A stretch of DNA of 50,035 bases from Flavobacteriales bacterium (GTDB lineage: Bacteria > Bacteroidota > Bacteroidia > Flavobacteriales_F > PHOS-HE28), in NCBI GenBank assembly GCA_044343855.1, contig JBIJDX010000001.1:1-50035 (forward strand). The letters are read 5' to 3'. Shown here piece after piece: positions 1 to 9,389 of this stretch; positions within the stretch are counted from its first letter, which is position 1; every line of letters starts with the position of its first letter. A program made the position numbers and the translations under genes. The notes under the pieces are model-generated. The model was not told the DNA's origin, searched no databases, and worked only from the letters and a program-made list of their open reading frames with translations.

Positions 1-177
1 GACCCCCGGCTGCAGCCCTGTCGGAAGCTTCACCAGGTTTCCCACCACCATGCCCAGCAGGAGCGCCAGCAGGATGCCGTTCAACCAGCCCGGCGTGAAG
101 GCACTTGCGAAGTGAGCGACCAAGCCGATGAAGGCGGCCAGCGCCACCCCTGGCAGCTGCGTTCGCAGATCGGTCAT
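1..177 (-). CDS. Membrane protein, N-terminal fragment running off the window (YeiH/UPF0324-like putative sulfate-exporter family)
   Basis: It is absent from the ORF track because it has no in-window stop. The reverse complement from the ATG at 177-175 reads MTDLRTQLPGVALAAFIGLVAHFASAFTPGWLNGILLALLLGMVVGNLVKLP. It is hydrophobic and carries an ILLxxLLGMxxGN motif like YeiH-type proteins. Confidence 0.5.
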   Translation of the reverse strand, partial: MTDLRTQLPGVALAAFIGLVAHFASAFTPGWLNGILLALLLGMVVGNLVKLPTGLQPGV

Positions 178-282
178 GGTTTCGAAGGCAAACGTGGATG
201 ATGCACCGCGCTTCGTTGTGGGAGAAAGGTCACACCATGTCCGGAACCCATTGGAGCGTGCGTGCCGTTATCCCGCATGAAC

Positions 283-765
283 CTATGACAAGCGCTTGTA
301 CTGTGTGCCATACAGCGCCGTGACGGCGACCGTGACCAGCGGCCCACCGATGCCCAAGAGAGCCCAGGGAAGTATCAGGTGCGGCAGGAAGATGCCGGCC
401 ATCTGTGCCGTGGCATACAGGTGAAATCCGGTCCTGCGACCACGCCAGATCCCGATCGCACCGAAAAGCCGGATGAGCGTGCGCAGCCAGTAGAGCCCCA
501 TCAGTGCTGCGCCCTGCCCATGCAGGATGACCAGAACGGGTTCCATGGCATCGAATTGATCCGCCTCCATCCATGATGCACCCTCGCGGACCATGGCCTG
601 GAACTCCATGTAGGGCAGTTGGGAGACCGCAAGCATGCCAAGGGCCCCGAACGCGTAAACGAGCAGGAAGATACCGGCATTGACGAAGGTGAGCAGCCCG
701 AGCGCACTGATGAGGTCCGGGCGCTTCGTGTCGCCGTGCTCGTCCGGCAGGAAGTGGGTGGCCAT
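283..765 (-). CDS. Hypothetical multi-pass membrane protein (paralog A of a tandem pair)
   Basis: ORF 283..834 was trimmed to the internal ATG at 765 (MATHFLPDEHG...). It has several hydrophobic helices. The C-terminal half aligns by eye with the neighbouring ORF (W..R..GF.LY.A..AG...P, ending LY....K). Confidence 0.55.
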   Translation of the reverse strand: MATHFLPDEHGDTKRPDLISALGLLTFVNAGIFLLVYAFGALGMLAVSQLPYMEFQAMVREGASWMEADQFDAMEPVLVILHGQGAALMGLYWLRTLIRLFGAIGIWRGRRTGFHLYATAQMAGIFLPHLILPWALLGIGGPLVTVAVTALYGTQYKRLS

Positions 766-855
766 GGCGCAAAGGTGGGACCGGGAACGCACACGATGCC
801 GGTCAACGCGGATGCACGGGCGGACCAGCGCCAACCGGGGAAGGCATTGGCCCCT

Positions 856-1341
856 TCAGTTCATGTACTTCAAGTGGATGGCATAGAGTACGATGAAGAG
901 CACGGAGATGAAGCCACCCACGCCGAGCCCCAACAGACCCATCATGCCGAACCCGATGAATACGAACGGAAGCATCAGACCGGCCAGCGAAGCAGCGGTA
1001 TACAGGTAGAACCCGAGCCTCTTCAAATTCCACATGAACCATACACCTGCAAGTCCAAGCAGACTCGTGACCAGTGCGATGTATCCCAGCGGAACTGCAT
1101 TGGCGGCGGCTTTTTCAGCCATTATCAGGCCTTCCTCCATCATCTTCACCGCAAAACCAGCGCCTTCCATCTGCACCATGGCCTCCTCAATTGCGGTGCG
1201 GGCCTCCTCCACCGCCTTTTGGGGCGCATCGGTGAACGCATTGCGGATGCCATCCCACAGACCATAAAGCCCGCCGAACAGGCTGAGGATGCAGAGAACG
1301 GTGAGAAAGGTGGGGCGCTGGCCGGCGGTGGTGGTCTGCAT
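856..1341 (-). CDS. Hypothetical multi-pass membrane protein (paralog B of a tandem pair)
   Basis: ORF 856..1401 was trimmed to the ATG at 1341 (MQTTTAGQRPTF...). It has hydrophobic helices and an amphipathic E/A-rich insert. Its C-terminal region shares a pattern with 283-765. Confidence 0.55.
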   Translation of the reverse strand: MQTTTAGQRPTFLTVLCILSLFGGLYGLWDGIRNAFTDAPQKAVEEARTAIEEAMVQMEGAGFAVKMMEEGLIMAEKAAANAVPLGYIALVTSLLGLAGVWFMWNLKRLGFYLYTAASLAGLMLPFVFIGFGMMGLLGLGVGGFISVLFIVLYAIHLKYMN

Positions 1342-1515
1342 GGGTCCGAATGGATAGGCCAGGCCAAGGTAGGCACTACACGCCATGGTACCGCAAACCA
1401 TGCATATACGCCGGGCTGCTCCAGAACCGCAGCCAACAGCACACCCGGCATTGTAGGGATGCGCGAGTAGCCGACCGGGCGTACCTTCGCAGCCGAACTA
1501 TCGCCCTGAAACGCT

Positions 1516-2904
1516 ATGACCTACGACCTGATCGTCCTCGGCAGTGGCCCCGGTGGCTACGTGGCCGCCATCCGCGCCAGCCAGCTGGGCCTTAAGACCG
1601 CCATCGTTGAACGCGAAGCCCTGGGTGGCATCTGCCTCAATTGGGGCTGCATCCCCACCAAGGCCCTGCTCAAGAGCGCCCAGGTGTTCGAGTACATCAA
1701 CCATGCCAAGGAGTACGGCATCGAAGTGGGGGCCGCCAAGCCCGACATGACCGGCATGGTGCAGCGCAGCCGCGATGTGGCCAAGGGCATGAGCAACGGC
1801 GTGCAGTTCCTGATGAAGAAGAACAAGATCGACGTGATCATGGGAACCGGGAAGCTGATGGCCGACAGGAAGCTCGAAGTGACCGGCGCCGATGGGAAGA
1901 AGCAGGTGCTTGAGGCCAAGAGCATCATCATCGCCACAGGCGCCCGCAGCCGCGCACTGCCCGCTCTGCCCCAGGACGGCAGGAAGATCATCGGCTACCG
2001 CGAAGCCATGGTGCTACCCACGCAGCCCAAGAGCATGGTGGTGGTGGGAAGCGGTGCCATCGGCAGCGAGTTCGCCTACTTCTACAACGCCATCGGCACC
2101 AAGGTGACCCTGGTGGAGTTCATGCCGAACATCGTGCCCGTGGAGGATGAGGAGGTGAGCAAACAGCTGGAAAAGAGCTTCAAGAAGCAGGGCATCGAAG
2201 TGATGACCGCTGCGGAAGTGACCAAGGTGGACACCACCGGCAAGGGCTGCAAGGTGACCGTGAAGACCGCCAAGGGCGAGCAGGTCATCGAGTGCGACAT
2301 CGTGCTGAGCGCCGCCGGTATCGTGGCCAACATCGAAGGTATCGGCCTGGAGGAAGTGGGCATCGCCACCGACAAGGGCAGGATCACAGTGAACGAGTTC
2401 TACCGGACGAACATCCCCGGATACTACGCCATCGGCGACGTAACCCCCGGACAGGCCCTGGCACACGTGGCCAGCGCCGAAGGCATCATCTGTGTGGAGA
2501 AGATCGCCGGTCACCACCCCGAGAAGCTGGACTACAACAACATCCCCGGTTGCACCTATTGCAGCCCCGAGGTGGCCAGCGTGGGCATGACGGAAAAGCA
2601 GGCCAAGGACAAAGGCCTCGCCATCAAGGTGGGCAAGTTCCCCTTCAGTGCCAGTGGCAAGGCCAGCGCCGGCGGCAATAAGGACGGCTTCGTGAAGCTG
2701 ATCTTCGATGCCAAGTACGGCGAGCTGCTCGGCGCACACATGATCGGTGCCAACGTGACGGAGATGATCGCCGAGTGCGTGAGCATCCGCAAGCTGGAGA
2801 CCACCGGCCACGAGATCATCAGGACGGTGCACCCACACCCCACCATGAGCGAGGCCATCATGGAGGCCGCCGCCGCCGCTTATGGTGAGGTGATCCACTT
2901 GTAA
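1516..2904 (+). CDS. lpdA: Dihydrolipoyl dehydrogenase (E3 component)
   Basis: 462 aa. FAD motif GSGPGGYVAAIRA, redox-active disulfide GGICLNWGCIPTKALL, and a C-terminal HPHPTMSE interface motif. Confidence 0.95.
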   Translation: MTYDLIVLGSGPGGYVAAIRASQLGLKTAIVEREALGGICLNWGCIPTKALLKSAQVFEYINHAKEYGIEVGAAKPDMTGMVQRSRDVAKGMSNGVQFLMKKNKIDVIMGTGKLMADRKLEVTGADGKKQVLEAKSIIIATGARSRALPALPQDGRKIIGYREAMVLPTQPKSMVVVGSGAIGSEFAYFYNAIGTKVTLVEFMPNIVPVEDEEVSKQLEKSFKKQGIEVMTAAEVTKVDTTGKGCKVTVKTAKGEQVIECDIVLSAAGIVANIEGIGLEEVGIATDKGRITVNEFYRTNIPGYYAIGDVTPGQALAHVASAEGIICVEKIAGHHPEKLDYNNIPGCTYCSPEVASVGMTEKQAKDKGLAIKVGKFPFSASGKASAGGNKDGFVKLIFDAKYGELLGAHMIGANVTEMIAECVSIRKLETTGHEIIRTVHPHPTMSEAIMEAAAAAYGEVIHL

Positions 2905-2923
2905 AGCCGACATACGAAAGCTG

Positions 2924-2955
2924 GAAGTTGGAACCGGGCCGGTTTCAGCTTCCCG
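2924..2955 (+). terminator. Candidate terminator hairpin after lpdA
   Basis: The imperfect inverted repeat GGAAGTTGGAACCGG / CCGGTTTCAGCTTCC pairs at 13 of 15 positions and starts 20 nt after the lpdA stop. There is no clear T-tract. Confidence 0.35.
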
Positions 2956-2979
2956 CCCCCCACTTGCATCCTTCGCATC

Positions 2980-4869
2980 GTGTGTGGCATCGCAGCGACC
3001 TACCACCTCGTTCCCGGAGCGGCATGCGCCGCGAAACGGATGCAGGATGCGCTCCGTTGCCTCGCCCATCGGGGCCCGGATGATGAGGGAACCTATGAAC
3101 GGGGCCGATCCATGCTGGGGCATCGCCGCCTGAGCATCCTGGACACAAGCGCAGCCGGCCACCAACCTTTCACGGACAACGGCGGCCGACATACCATCGC
3201 CTTCAACGGCGAGATCTTCAATTTCCGCGCGTTGCGCGCCCGTCTTGAGGCCGAGGGCCACACCTTCCGAAGTCTTACCGACACCGAGGTGGTGCTGCGG
3301 CTTTTCACTGTCAAGGGACCTGATTTCCTGCACGACCTCAATGGCTTCTTCGCCCTGGCCATCCACGATGCGCAGGACGACAGCCTCTTCGTGGCCCGCG
3401 ACCGGTATGGTGTGAAGCCCCTCTATTGGGCGGAGAAGGGCGGGCAGCTCCTGGTGGCAAGCGAACTGCGTGCGCTGCTGGCCCTGGGGGTGGACCGAAC
3501 GCTGGACCGCTGCTCCGTGGAACAACTGCTATTGCACCAGTTCATCCCAGCGCCTGCAACGGTGCTGGCCGGAACCCACAAGCTGGAGCCGGGGCACTGC
3601 ATTCACGCCGATGCCAGTGGCATCCGACATGAGCGATGGTACAGACTCCCCCACCCGCCAGCGCAACCCATACCCGATCCGGGGCGGCAATTGATGGAAC
3701 TGCTGGACGATGCGGTGCGCATACGACTTGTTGCGGACGTGCCCGTTGGCACCTTCCTGAGCGGTGGCGTGGACAGCAGCATCGTTACCGCACTTGCCAA
3801 GCGCCACAAGTCCGACCTCCAGACCTTCAGCATCGGGTATGTGGAGGACCCCTACTACGACGAGAGCGCTCATGCCGAGGCTGTGGCGCGCCACCTCGGC
3901 ACCAACCACCACAGCTTTCGGTTGACACGTACCGAACTTGCAGAAGCCTATGCGCGTCTGTTGGATGCCATTGACGAACCGTTCACGGACAGCAGTGCAC
4001 TTCCCTCCTTCATCCTGTGTGAACGCACACGCCGACATGTAACGGTGGCCCTCAGCGGGGACGGGGCCGATGAACTGTTCGGGGGGTACCGCAAGCATCA
4101 GGCCGAGTTGCGCTGGGCCAGCCCCGGGGCGGCCGAACACACCATCAGGATACTTGGCCCGCTCTGGCGCATACTGCCCCGAAGCCGACGGTCGCCCTGG
4201 CAGGACCGCATCCGACAGTTCGATCGCTTCGCACGCATGGCAAGGCTGCCCGCAGCGGAGCGTTCACTGGAGCTGACCACGTTCACGGACCGCAAGCTCG
4301 TCCACCGATTGTGGGGAGGCCTTCCCGAGGAGCGTCTCCGCCGCGAACGCGCGCTGCGGACCGGCGAAGGACCGTGGACCGGCATGGACCGTGTGCTCCT
4401 TCATGACCTGCTCTTCACGCTCCCCAACCAGATGCTGCACAAGGTGGACCTCACGAGCATGGCGCATGGACTCGAGGTACGCACCCCCTTCCTTGACAAG
4501 CGCGTGGTGGAACTGGCCTTCGGACTGCCCGCAGCATCAAAAATGCGCAAGGGGAGCGGAAAGCACCTGCTGCGCACCACCTTCGGGAACCTCCTGCCAT
4601 CCTCAGTGATGCAACGAGGCAAGAAGGGGTTCGAAGTTCCGCTGCTGGACCTGTACAACACCCTGCTTCGGGATGCAGTGGATGCCTGGCTCCATCCGGA
4701 CCGGGTGGAAGCCGCAGGCTTGTCCACAGCTGCCGTGCAAGCGCTCCTGGCACGGTCACGCTCCACGGATCCGGGCACGGCGGAGGCAACTTTGCACGCC
4801 TGCATCGTCTATACCACATGGTGGGAGCGTCATCTCGGGGCGGCCGCACCCGGTCCCGCCACATCGTGA
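2980..4869 (+). CDS. asnB: Asparagine synthase (glutamine-hydrolysing) family amidotransferase, first gene of a polysaccharide locus
   Basis: 629 aa. A GTG start is followed by Cys2 (MCGIAA), as needed for an Ntn amidotransferase. It carries the SGGVDSS pyrophosphatase loop. Confidence 0.88.
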   Translation: MCGIAATYHLVPGAACAAKRMQDALRCLAHRGPDDEGTYERGRSMLGHRRLSILDTSAAGHQPFTDNGGRHTIAFNGEIFNFRALRARLEAEGHTFRSLTDTEVVLRLFTVKGPDFLHDLNGFFALAIHDAQDDSLFVARDRYGVKPLYWAEKGGQLLVASELRALLALGVDRTLDRCSVEQLLLHQFIPAPATVLAGTHKLEPGHCIHADASGIRHERWYRLPHPPAQPIPDPGRQLMELLDDAVRIRLVADVPVGTFLSGGVDSSIVTALAKRHKSDLQTFSIGYVEDPYYDESAHAEAVARHLGTNHHSFRLTRTELAEAYARLLDAIDEPFTDSSALPSFILCERTRRHVTVALSGDGADELFGGYRKHQAELRWASPGAAEHTIRILGPLWRILPRSRRSPWQDRIRQFDRFARMARLPAAERSLELTTFTDRKLVHRLWGGLPEERLRRERALRTGEGPWTGMDRVLLHDLLFTLPNQMLHKVDLTSMAHGLEVRTPFLDKRVVELAFGLPAASKMRKGSGKHLLRTTFGNLLPSSVMQRGKKGFEVPLLDLYNTLLRDAVDAWLHPDRVEAAGLSTAAVQALLARSRSTDPGTAEATLHACIVYTTWWERHLGAAAPGPATS

Positions 4870-4872
4870 TCC

Positions 4873-6102
4873 ATGCCGCGCATACTCCGCATCATCAACC
4901 GGTTCAACCTGGGCGGCCCCACGCACAATGCGGCTTATCTCACCCGTTATCTGCCCCCGGACTTCGAGACCCTGCTGGTGGGAGGCAGCCAGGAGGCCAC
5001 AGAGGAGGGCAGCCACCACATCCTGGATGCCGTGGGCGTGAAACCATTGGTGCTGCCCGAGCTGCAGCGGGAAGTGGCCCCCTGGCGTGATGGTGCGGCC
5101 TACCGCCGCATAAAGGAGCTCATCCGTGAATACCGGCCGGACATCGTACACACCCATGCCGCCAAGGCCGGTGCCGTGGGCCGCATGGCCGCCGCACAAC
5201 TGGGTGTGAAGGCGATCGTGCACACCTTCCACGGGCATGTCTTCCACAGCTATTTCGGGCCCGTTCGCACCGCCCTCTACAAGAACATTGAGCGCTACCT
5301 GGCCCGCCGCTCGAGCCGCATAATCGCCATCAGCGAACAGCAGCGGCAGGAGTTGGTGCACACCCATCGCATCTGCCCGGCAGACAGGGTGAGCGTGATC
5401 CCCCTTGGGTTCGACCTCAGCAGGTTCCGGGAGGACAGGGAACGCAAGCGGGCCATCTTCCGCGCTGTGTATGGGGTGGCCGAGGACGAAGTGGCCATCG
5501 GTATCGTTGGGCGCCTGGTCCCGATCAAGAACCACGAACTCTTCCTGCAGGTCCTTGCAGGCGTGCAAAAGCGCACCACCAAGCGGATCAGGGCCTTCAT
5601 CGTGGGCGACGGGGAGGAGCGCGGACGTCTGGAGGAGCGTGCGCGTGCGATGGGGCTCCAGGTGGCGATGGGACCGCATTTGGGCGGCCGTGGCCTGTTG
5701 GATGTTCCGACCGACGTGCCGGTCGTACCAGCCGCCACCCTCACCTTCACCTCGTGGCTGAAGGAGGTCGACATCGTGAACGCGGGCCTCGACATCGCCG
5801 TCCTCACCAGCCTCAACGAGGGCACCCCGGTCAGCCTCATCGAGGCGCAGGCTGCGGGAAGGCCCATCGTGAGCACCCATGTGGGGGGCATCGGGGATGT
5901 GGTGGCCATGGGCCGCACGGCCCTGCTGCGACCTTCCGGCGACACCGATGGCCTTCAGACCGACCTGCTGCAACTGGTGGAGGATGGGGCGCTCAGGGAA
6001 CGAATGGGTGCGGCAGGCTGGCCGCTGGTGGCGGAACGGTTCCACTATACCCGCCTGGTCAACGACATGGCCGACCTCTACAACCGCATATTGGACCGTT
6101 GA
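4873..6102 (+). CDS. Glycosyltransferase family 4 (GT-B fold)
   Basis: 409 aa. Typical N-terminus RIINRFNLGGP and an E-x7-E region (SLNEGTPVSLIEAQAAGRPIV). It begins 3 nt after the asnB-like stop. Confidence 0.85.
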   Translation: MPRILRIINRFNLGGPTHNAAYLTRYLPPDFETLLVGGSQEATEEGSHHILDAVGVKPLVLPELQREVAPWRDGAAYRRIKELIREYRPDIVHTHAAKAGAVGRMAAAQLGVKAIVHTFHGHVFHSYFGPVRTALYKNIERYLARRSSRIIAISEQQRQELVHTHRICPADRVSVIPLGFDLSRFREDRERKRAIFRAVYGVAEDEVAIGIVGRLVPIKNHELFLQVLAGVQKRTTKRIRAFIVGDGEERGRLEERARAMGLQVAMGPHLGGRGLLDVPTDVPVVPAATLTFTSWLKEVDIVNAGLDIAVLTSLNEGTPVSLIEAQAAGRPIVSTHVGGIGDVVAMGRTALLRPSGDTDGLQTDLLQLVEDGALRERMGAAGWPLVAERFHYTRLVNDMADLYNRILDR

Positions 6103-6119
6103 CCCTGAGCGGCGAACGT

Positions 6120-6127
6120 TACTTTTG
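6120..6127 (+). promoter_or_regulatory. Candidate Bacteroidota sigma-A -7 box (TACTTTTG) just upstream of wza
   Basis: Exact match to TAnnTTTG. It ends 7 nt before the ATG at 6135. Confidence 0.4.
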
Positions 6128-6134
6128 CCCGGTT

Positions 6135-6908
6135 ATGCACCACCTTTTGCGCAGCACCCTGTCCCTGGCCCTGGTGATCGCCCTGCTAAGCAGTTGCACG
6201 ATCAACAGGGACATCATGTTCAAGACATCCACGGACCACGTGTTCGACAACTTCTCGGATTCGGTCTCGGGCCAGCTGCTGCTGCAGCCCAATGACATGA
6301 TCCAGTTCCGGTTGTTCGCCAACGACGGCTTCAAGATGATCGATCTGGTCAGCGAAGGGGGGGGGCGCGATGCACAGTTCATGAACCGCAACATCTTCCT
6401 GTACCTCATCGAATTCGACGGCATGGTGAAGCTGCCCCTGCTGGGTCGCGTAGCCCTGAGCGGCATGACCGTCCGGGAGGCGGAGATGATGCTCGAGGAG
6501 CGCTACACCCAGTACTACAACCGTCCGTTCGTGCAGGTGACGGTGAACAACCGGCGTGTGGTCGTCTTTCCCGGCGGAGGCGGGGATGCCCGCATCATTC
6601 CGCTGGAGAACAACAATACCACTCTATTGGAAGCGCTGGCCTCAGCAGGAGGCATCTCACCCAGGGGGAATGCCTCCCATGTGAAGCTCTTCCGCCACAT
6701 GCCCGCCGGCGGCCGTAAGGTGTACGAGTTCGACCTGTCGACCATCGATGGGCTCAAACATGCCGACATCGTCATGCAGGGGGATGATGTGATCTATGTG
6801 CAACCGAACCCGGAACTGGCACGCGAATTCCTGCAGGACCTGACCCCCATCATCACCCTGCTGACCAGTGTGGTGCTCGTGATCGGCATCGTGCGTGGAT
6901 TCAACTAA
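6135..6908 (+). CDS. wza: Polysaccharide export outer-membrane lipoprotein (Wza/BexD family)
   Basis: ORF 5754..6908 was trimmed to the ATG at 6135, giving a lipoprotein signal (LALVIALLSSC). It has Poly_export-like and SLBB-like sequence (GDDVIYVQPN) and a C-terminal TM helix. Confidence 0.85.
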   Translation: MHHLLRSTLSLALVIALLSSCTINRDIMFKTSTDHVFDNFSDSVSGQLLLQPNDMIQFRLFANDGFKMIDLVSEGGGRDAQFMNRNIFLYLIEFDGMVKLPLLGRVALSGMTVREAEMMLEERYTQYYNRPFVQVTVNNRRVVVFPGGGGDARIIPLENNNTTLLEALASAGGISPRGNASHVKLFRHMPAGGRKVYEFDLSTIDGLKHADIVMQGDDVIYVQPNPELAREFLQDLTPIITLLTSVVLVIGIVRGFN

Positions 6909-6923
6909 CGCAGCCAGCGGCAG

Positions 6924-9389
6924 ATGCTACAGGACGAAGCAAGCCAGCGCAGCCTCAATTTCGAGAGCTACAAGGAGCGGATAACCAACTTCAGCAACGA
7001 GTTCGAGCTGGGGCTGTTCGTCCATATCGTCCGCAAGAGCACCTTCTGGATATTCCTGCTGATGCTGCTGGCGCTGGCGAGCGCACTCCTCTACCTGCGG
7101 TATACCGCACCCACCTACAGCGCCAGGACACTCGTACAACTGCGCGAGAGCAACACCGCCCAGCAGGTGCTCAACGTGGAGGATTTCATGGAGGACAAGA
7201 CCCTTCAGGCCGATGTTGAGCTGATGCGCTCCCCCTTTTTCCTTGGGCGTGTCCTGGACCGCATGGAACTCGAGGTCAGCTATTTCAACAAGGGACAGAT
7301 ACTGACCGAGGAGTTCTACACGCGCTCCTTCTTCAAGGTGCGCGAATTGACCGTCTTCAACGAGGCCGTGCGGGATGTGCCGATCATGCTCGACCTGAGC
7401 GATGTGGGCAGGGTCACCCTGTCCTACAGCGACGGCAAGGCGCCGCGCACGCATGCGTTCGAGCGCGGTCGCATCATTCGAACACCGGACTTCAGCTGCG
7501 TGCTCGATATCGACCTGCCTCCCGGCAGGGAGACCCAACCCACCGAAGCCACCCTGTTCTTCCGCATCAATTCGAGGAAATCGCTCGTCAACAGATACAT
7601 CAAGCAGGTACAGGTGAAGATCGCCGATGTCGGGGCGCAGACCGTGGAGATCAGCTGCGTGGACGAGAACCCGCTGCTCGCAAGGGACCTGGCCCAGACC
7701 ATCGCCGAGACCTTCATCGCCTATGACGTGGAGCGTAAAACCGAAAGTGCCGCCAACGTCATCCGGTTCATCCGTGCACAAAAGGACACCGTGTTTGAAC
7801 TGCTGCGTGATTCGGAACGGGAGCTGCAGCAGTTCAAGGTGGACAACAAGGTGACGGGGGCGGGACAGATGACCCCGCTGTACATCGAACGCAATGAAGC
7901 GTTCACGAACGAACTTGTGCAGCTGGAACAGGACATCGCCCTGTTGGATGAGATAAAGCGGAACACTGACAGGCCTCTTCCGGAGATCACGGTGCAGAAC
8001 CTCGTGCCCCTGCTCGTTGGAACGGAGTTCCAAAAGACCCTGGCCAGTATCATCGGCACCATGGAGTCCCTGCTGCGCGAACGCGACGAACTCTATCTGG
8101 AGGCAACGGTCGACCATCAGGGCGTGCGTTCACTGGAGCACCAGATCGACACCCAGAAACAACTCATTCTCACAAGCATTGGCACCATCCGTGAGCGCGC
8201 CTTGCAGCGCAGGCGTGAGATAAGGCAGTTGCTCGACGACATGGACCGCGAGTTCGGTGCATTGCCTGAAAAGGAACTTGGTTACGCCCGCATTGAAAGG
8301 CTGTTCAACATCAACGAGAAATACTACACCCAACTCCTTGAAAAGGATGTTGAATACCGCATAAGCAAAGCCGGTTTCGTACCCGAGAACCAGATCCTCG
8401 AGGATGCCACCATACCAGCCAACCCGCTGCATCCGGTGCGGAACATCATCATAGGCACCTACCTGCTGGCAGGCGTCATGGTCAGCCTCATCCTCATCCT
8501 CATACGGTATGTGCTCCACGACAATATCACCAGCCTGCACGATATCGCGAAACTCTCCAATGCAAGCATCGGGATCCTCGGCATGGTGCCCAAGTACAAG
8601 AAGGACATCCCCATCTCGCAGCTGTTGATCGACAAGAACCCGAAATCACTCATTGCGGAGTCCTTCCGCAGCATCCGGACAAACCTTCAGTTCATCGACA
8701 ACGCCGAGGGCCCCAAGGTGATGGCCATCACCAGCACCATATCAGGTGAGGGCAAGACGTTCGTGGCGATCAATCTGGGTGGCATCATCGCCATCAGTGG
8801 CAAACGGGTCATCATCATCGACCTGGACATGCGCAAGCCCAAGATCCATCTGGGTTTCGGGGTGGAGAACATCCGGGGCATGAGCACCATCCTGATCGGC
8901 AAGGATACCGTGGACGGATGTGTTCAGAAAAGCAACCTTCCCGGGCTGGATTTCATCACCGCCGGCCCCATCCCCCCGAACCCCTCGGAACTCATCATCA
9001 ACCCACGCATGCCGCTCGTTCTGGAGCAGCTCAAGCAGGCGTACGATGTGATACTCATCGACAATCCGCCTGTGGGGCTTGTGACCGATGGCATTCCCAT
9101 GATCCAGCTTGCCGACTACCCGATCTACATCTTCAGAGCGGATTACAGCAAGAAGCAATTCGTCCAGAATGTGGACCGACTGATCAACGAGAACAACATC
9201 GTACGGCTCAGCGCCGTGCTGAACGGGGTGGATGTGGACCGGAACAAGTATGGCTACAACTATGGCTATGGCTACGGCTACGGCTATGGTTACGGGTACG
9301 GATATGCGCAGGGTTCGAGCGGGTACTATGAGGAGCGCGCAGGTACCAAGCGCCGTTCCTTCATGAACTGGCTGCTGGGAAGATCATGA
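6924..9389 (+). CDS. wzc: Polysaccharide co-polymerase / BY-type tyrosine autokinase (Wzc/GumC-like)
   Basis: 821 aa. Two TM segments flank a large coiled-coil periplasmic region. Walker A is SGEGKT, Walker A' is IIIDLDMRKP, Walker B is VILIDNPP, and the tail is Tyr-rich. Confidence 0.9.
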   Translation: MLQDEASQRSLNFESYKERITNFSNEFELGLFVHIVRKSTFWIFLLMLLALASALLYLRYTAPTYSARTLVQLRESNTAQQVLNVEDFMEDKTLQADVELMRSPFFLGRVLDRMELEVSYFNKGQILTEEFYTRSFFKVRELTVFNEAVRDVPIMLDLSDVGRVTLSYSDGKAPRTHAFERGRIIRTPDFSCVLDIDLPPGRETQPTEATLFFRINSRKSLVNRYIKQVQVKIADVGAQTVEISCVDENPLLARDLAQTIAETFIAYDVERKTESAANVIRFIRAQKDTVFELLRDSERELQQFKVDNKVTGAGQMTPLYIERNEAFTNELVQLEQDIALLDEIKRNTDRPLPEITVQNLVPLLVGTEFQKTLASIIGTMESLLRERDELYLEATVDHQGVRSLEHQIDTQKQLILTSIGTIRERALQRRREIRQLLDDMDREFGALPEKELGYARIERLFNINEKYYTQLLEKDVEYRISKAGFVPENQILEDATIPANPLHPVRNIIIGTYLLAGVMVSLILILIRYVLHDNITSLHDIAKLSNASIGILGMVPKYKKDIPISQLLIDKNPKSLIAESFRSIRTNLQFIDNAEGPKVMAITSTISGEGKTFVAINLGGIIAISGKRVIIIDLDMRKPKIHLGFGVENIRGMSTILIGKDTVDGCVQKSNLPGLDFITAGPIPPNPSELIINPRMPLVLEQLKQAYDVILIDNPPVGLVTDGIPMIQLADYPIYIFRADYSKKQFVQNVDRLINENNIVRLSAVLNGVDVDRNKYGYNYGYGYGYGYGYGYGYAQGSSGYYEERAGTKRRSFMNWLLGRS
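9249..9305 (+). repeat. Hexanucleotide-like TAY-GGN repeat encoding YGYN(YG)7Y in the Wzc tail
   Basis: Read directly: tat ggc tac aac tat ggc tat ggc tac ggc tac ggc tat ggt tac ggg tac gga tat. Confidence 0.9.

Noticed and set aside
2014-3525. A 503-aa minus-strand ORF spanning the lpdA 3' half, the intergenic hairpin and the asnB-like 5' part.
   Set aside because: It crosses a gene boundary and a terminator-like hairpin, has no motifs, and both plus-strand genes are unambiguous.
5754-6134. The N-terminal 127-codon extension of the wza ORF.
   Set aside because: It overlaps the GT4 gene in another frame and translates to Gly/Arg/His/Pro-rich sequence. The ATG at 6135 gives a clean lipoprotein signal and follows a -7 box.
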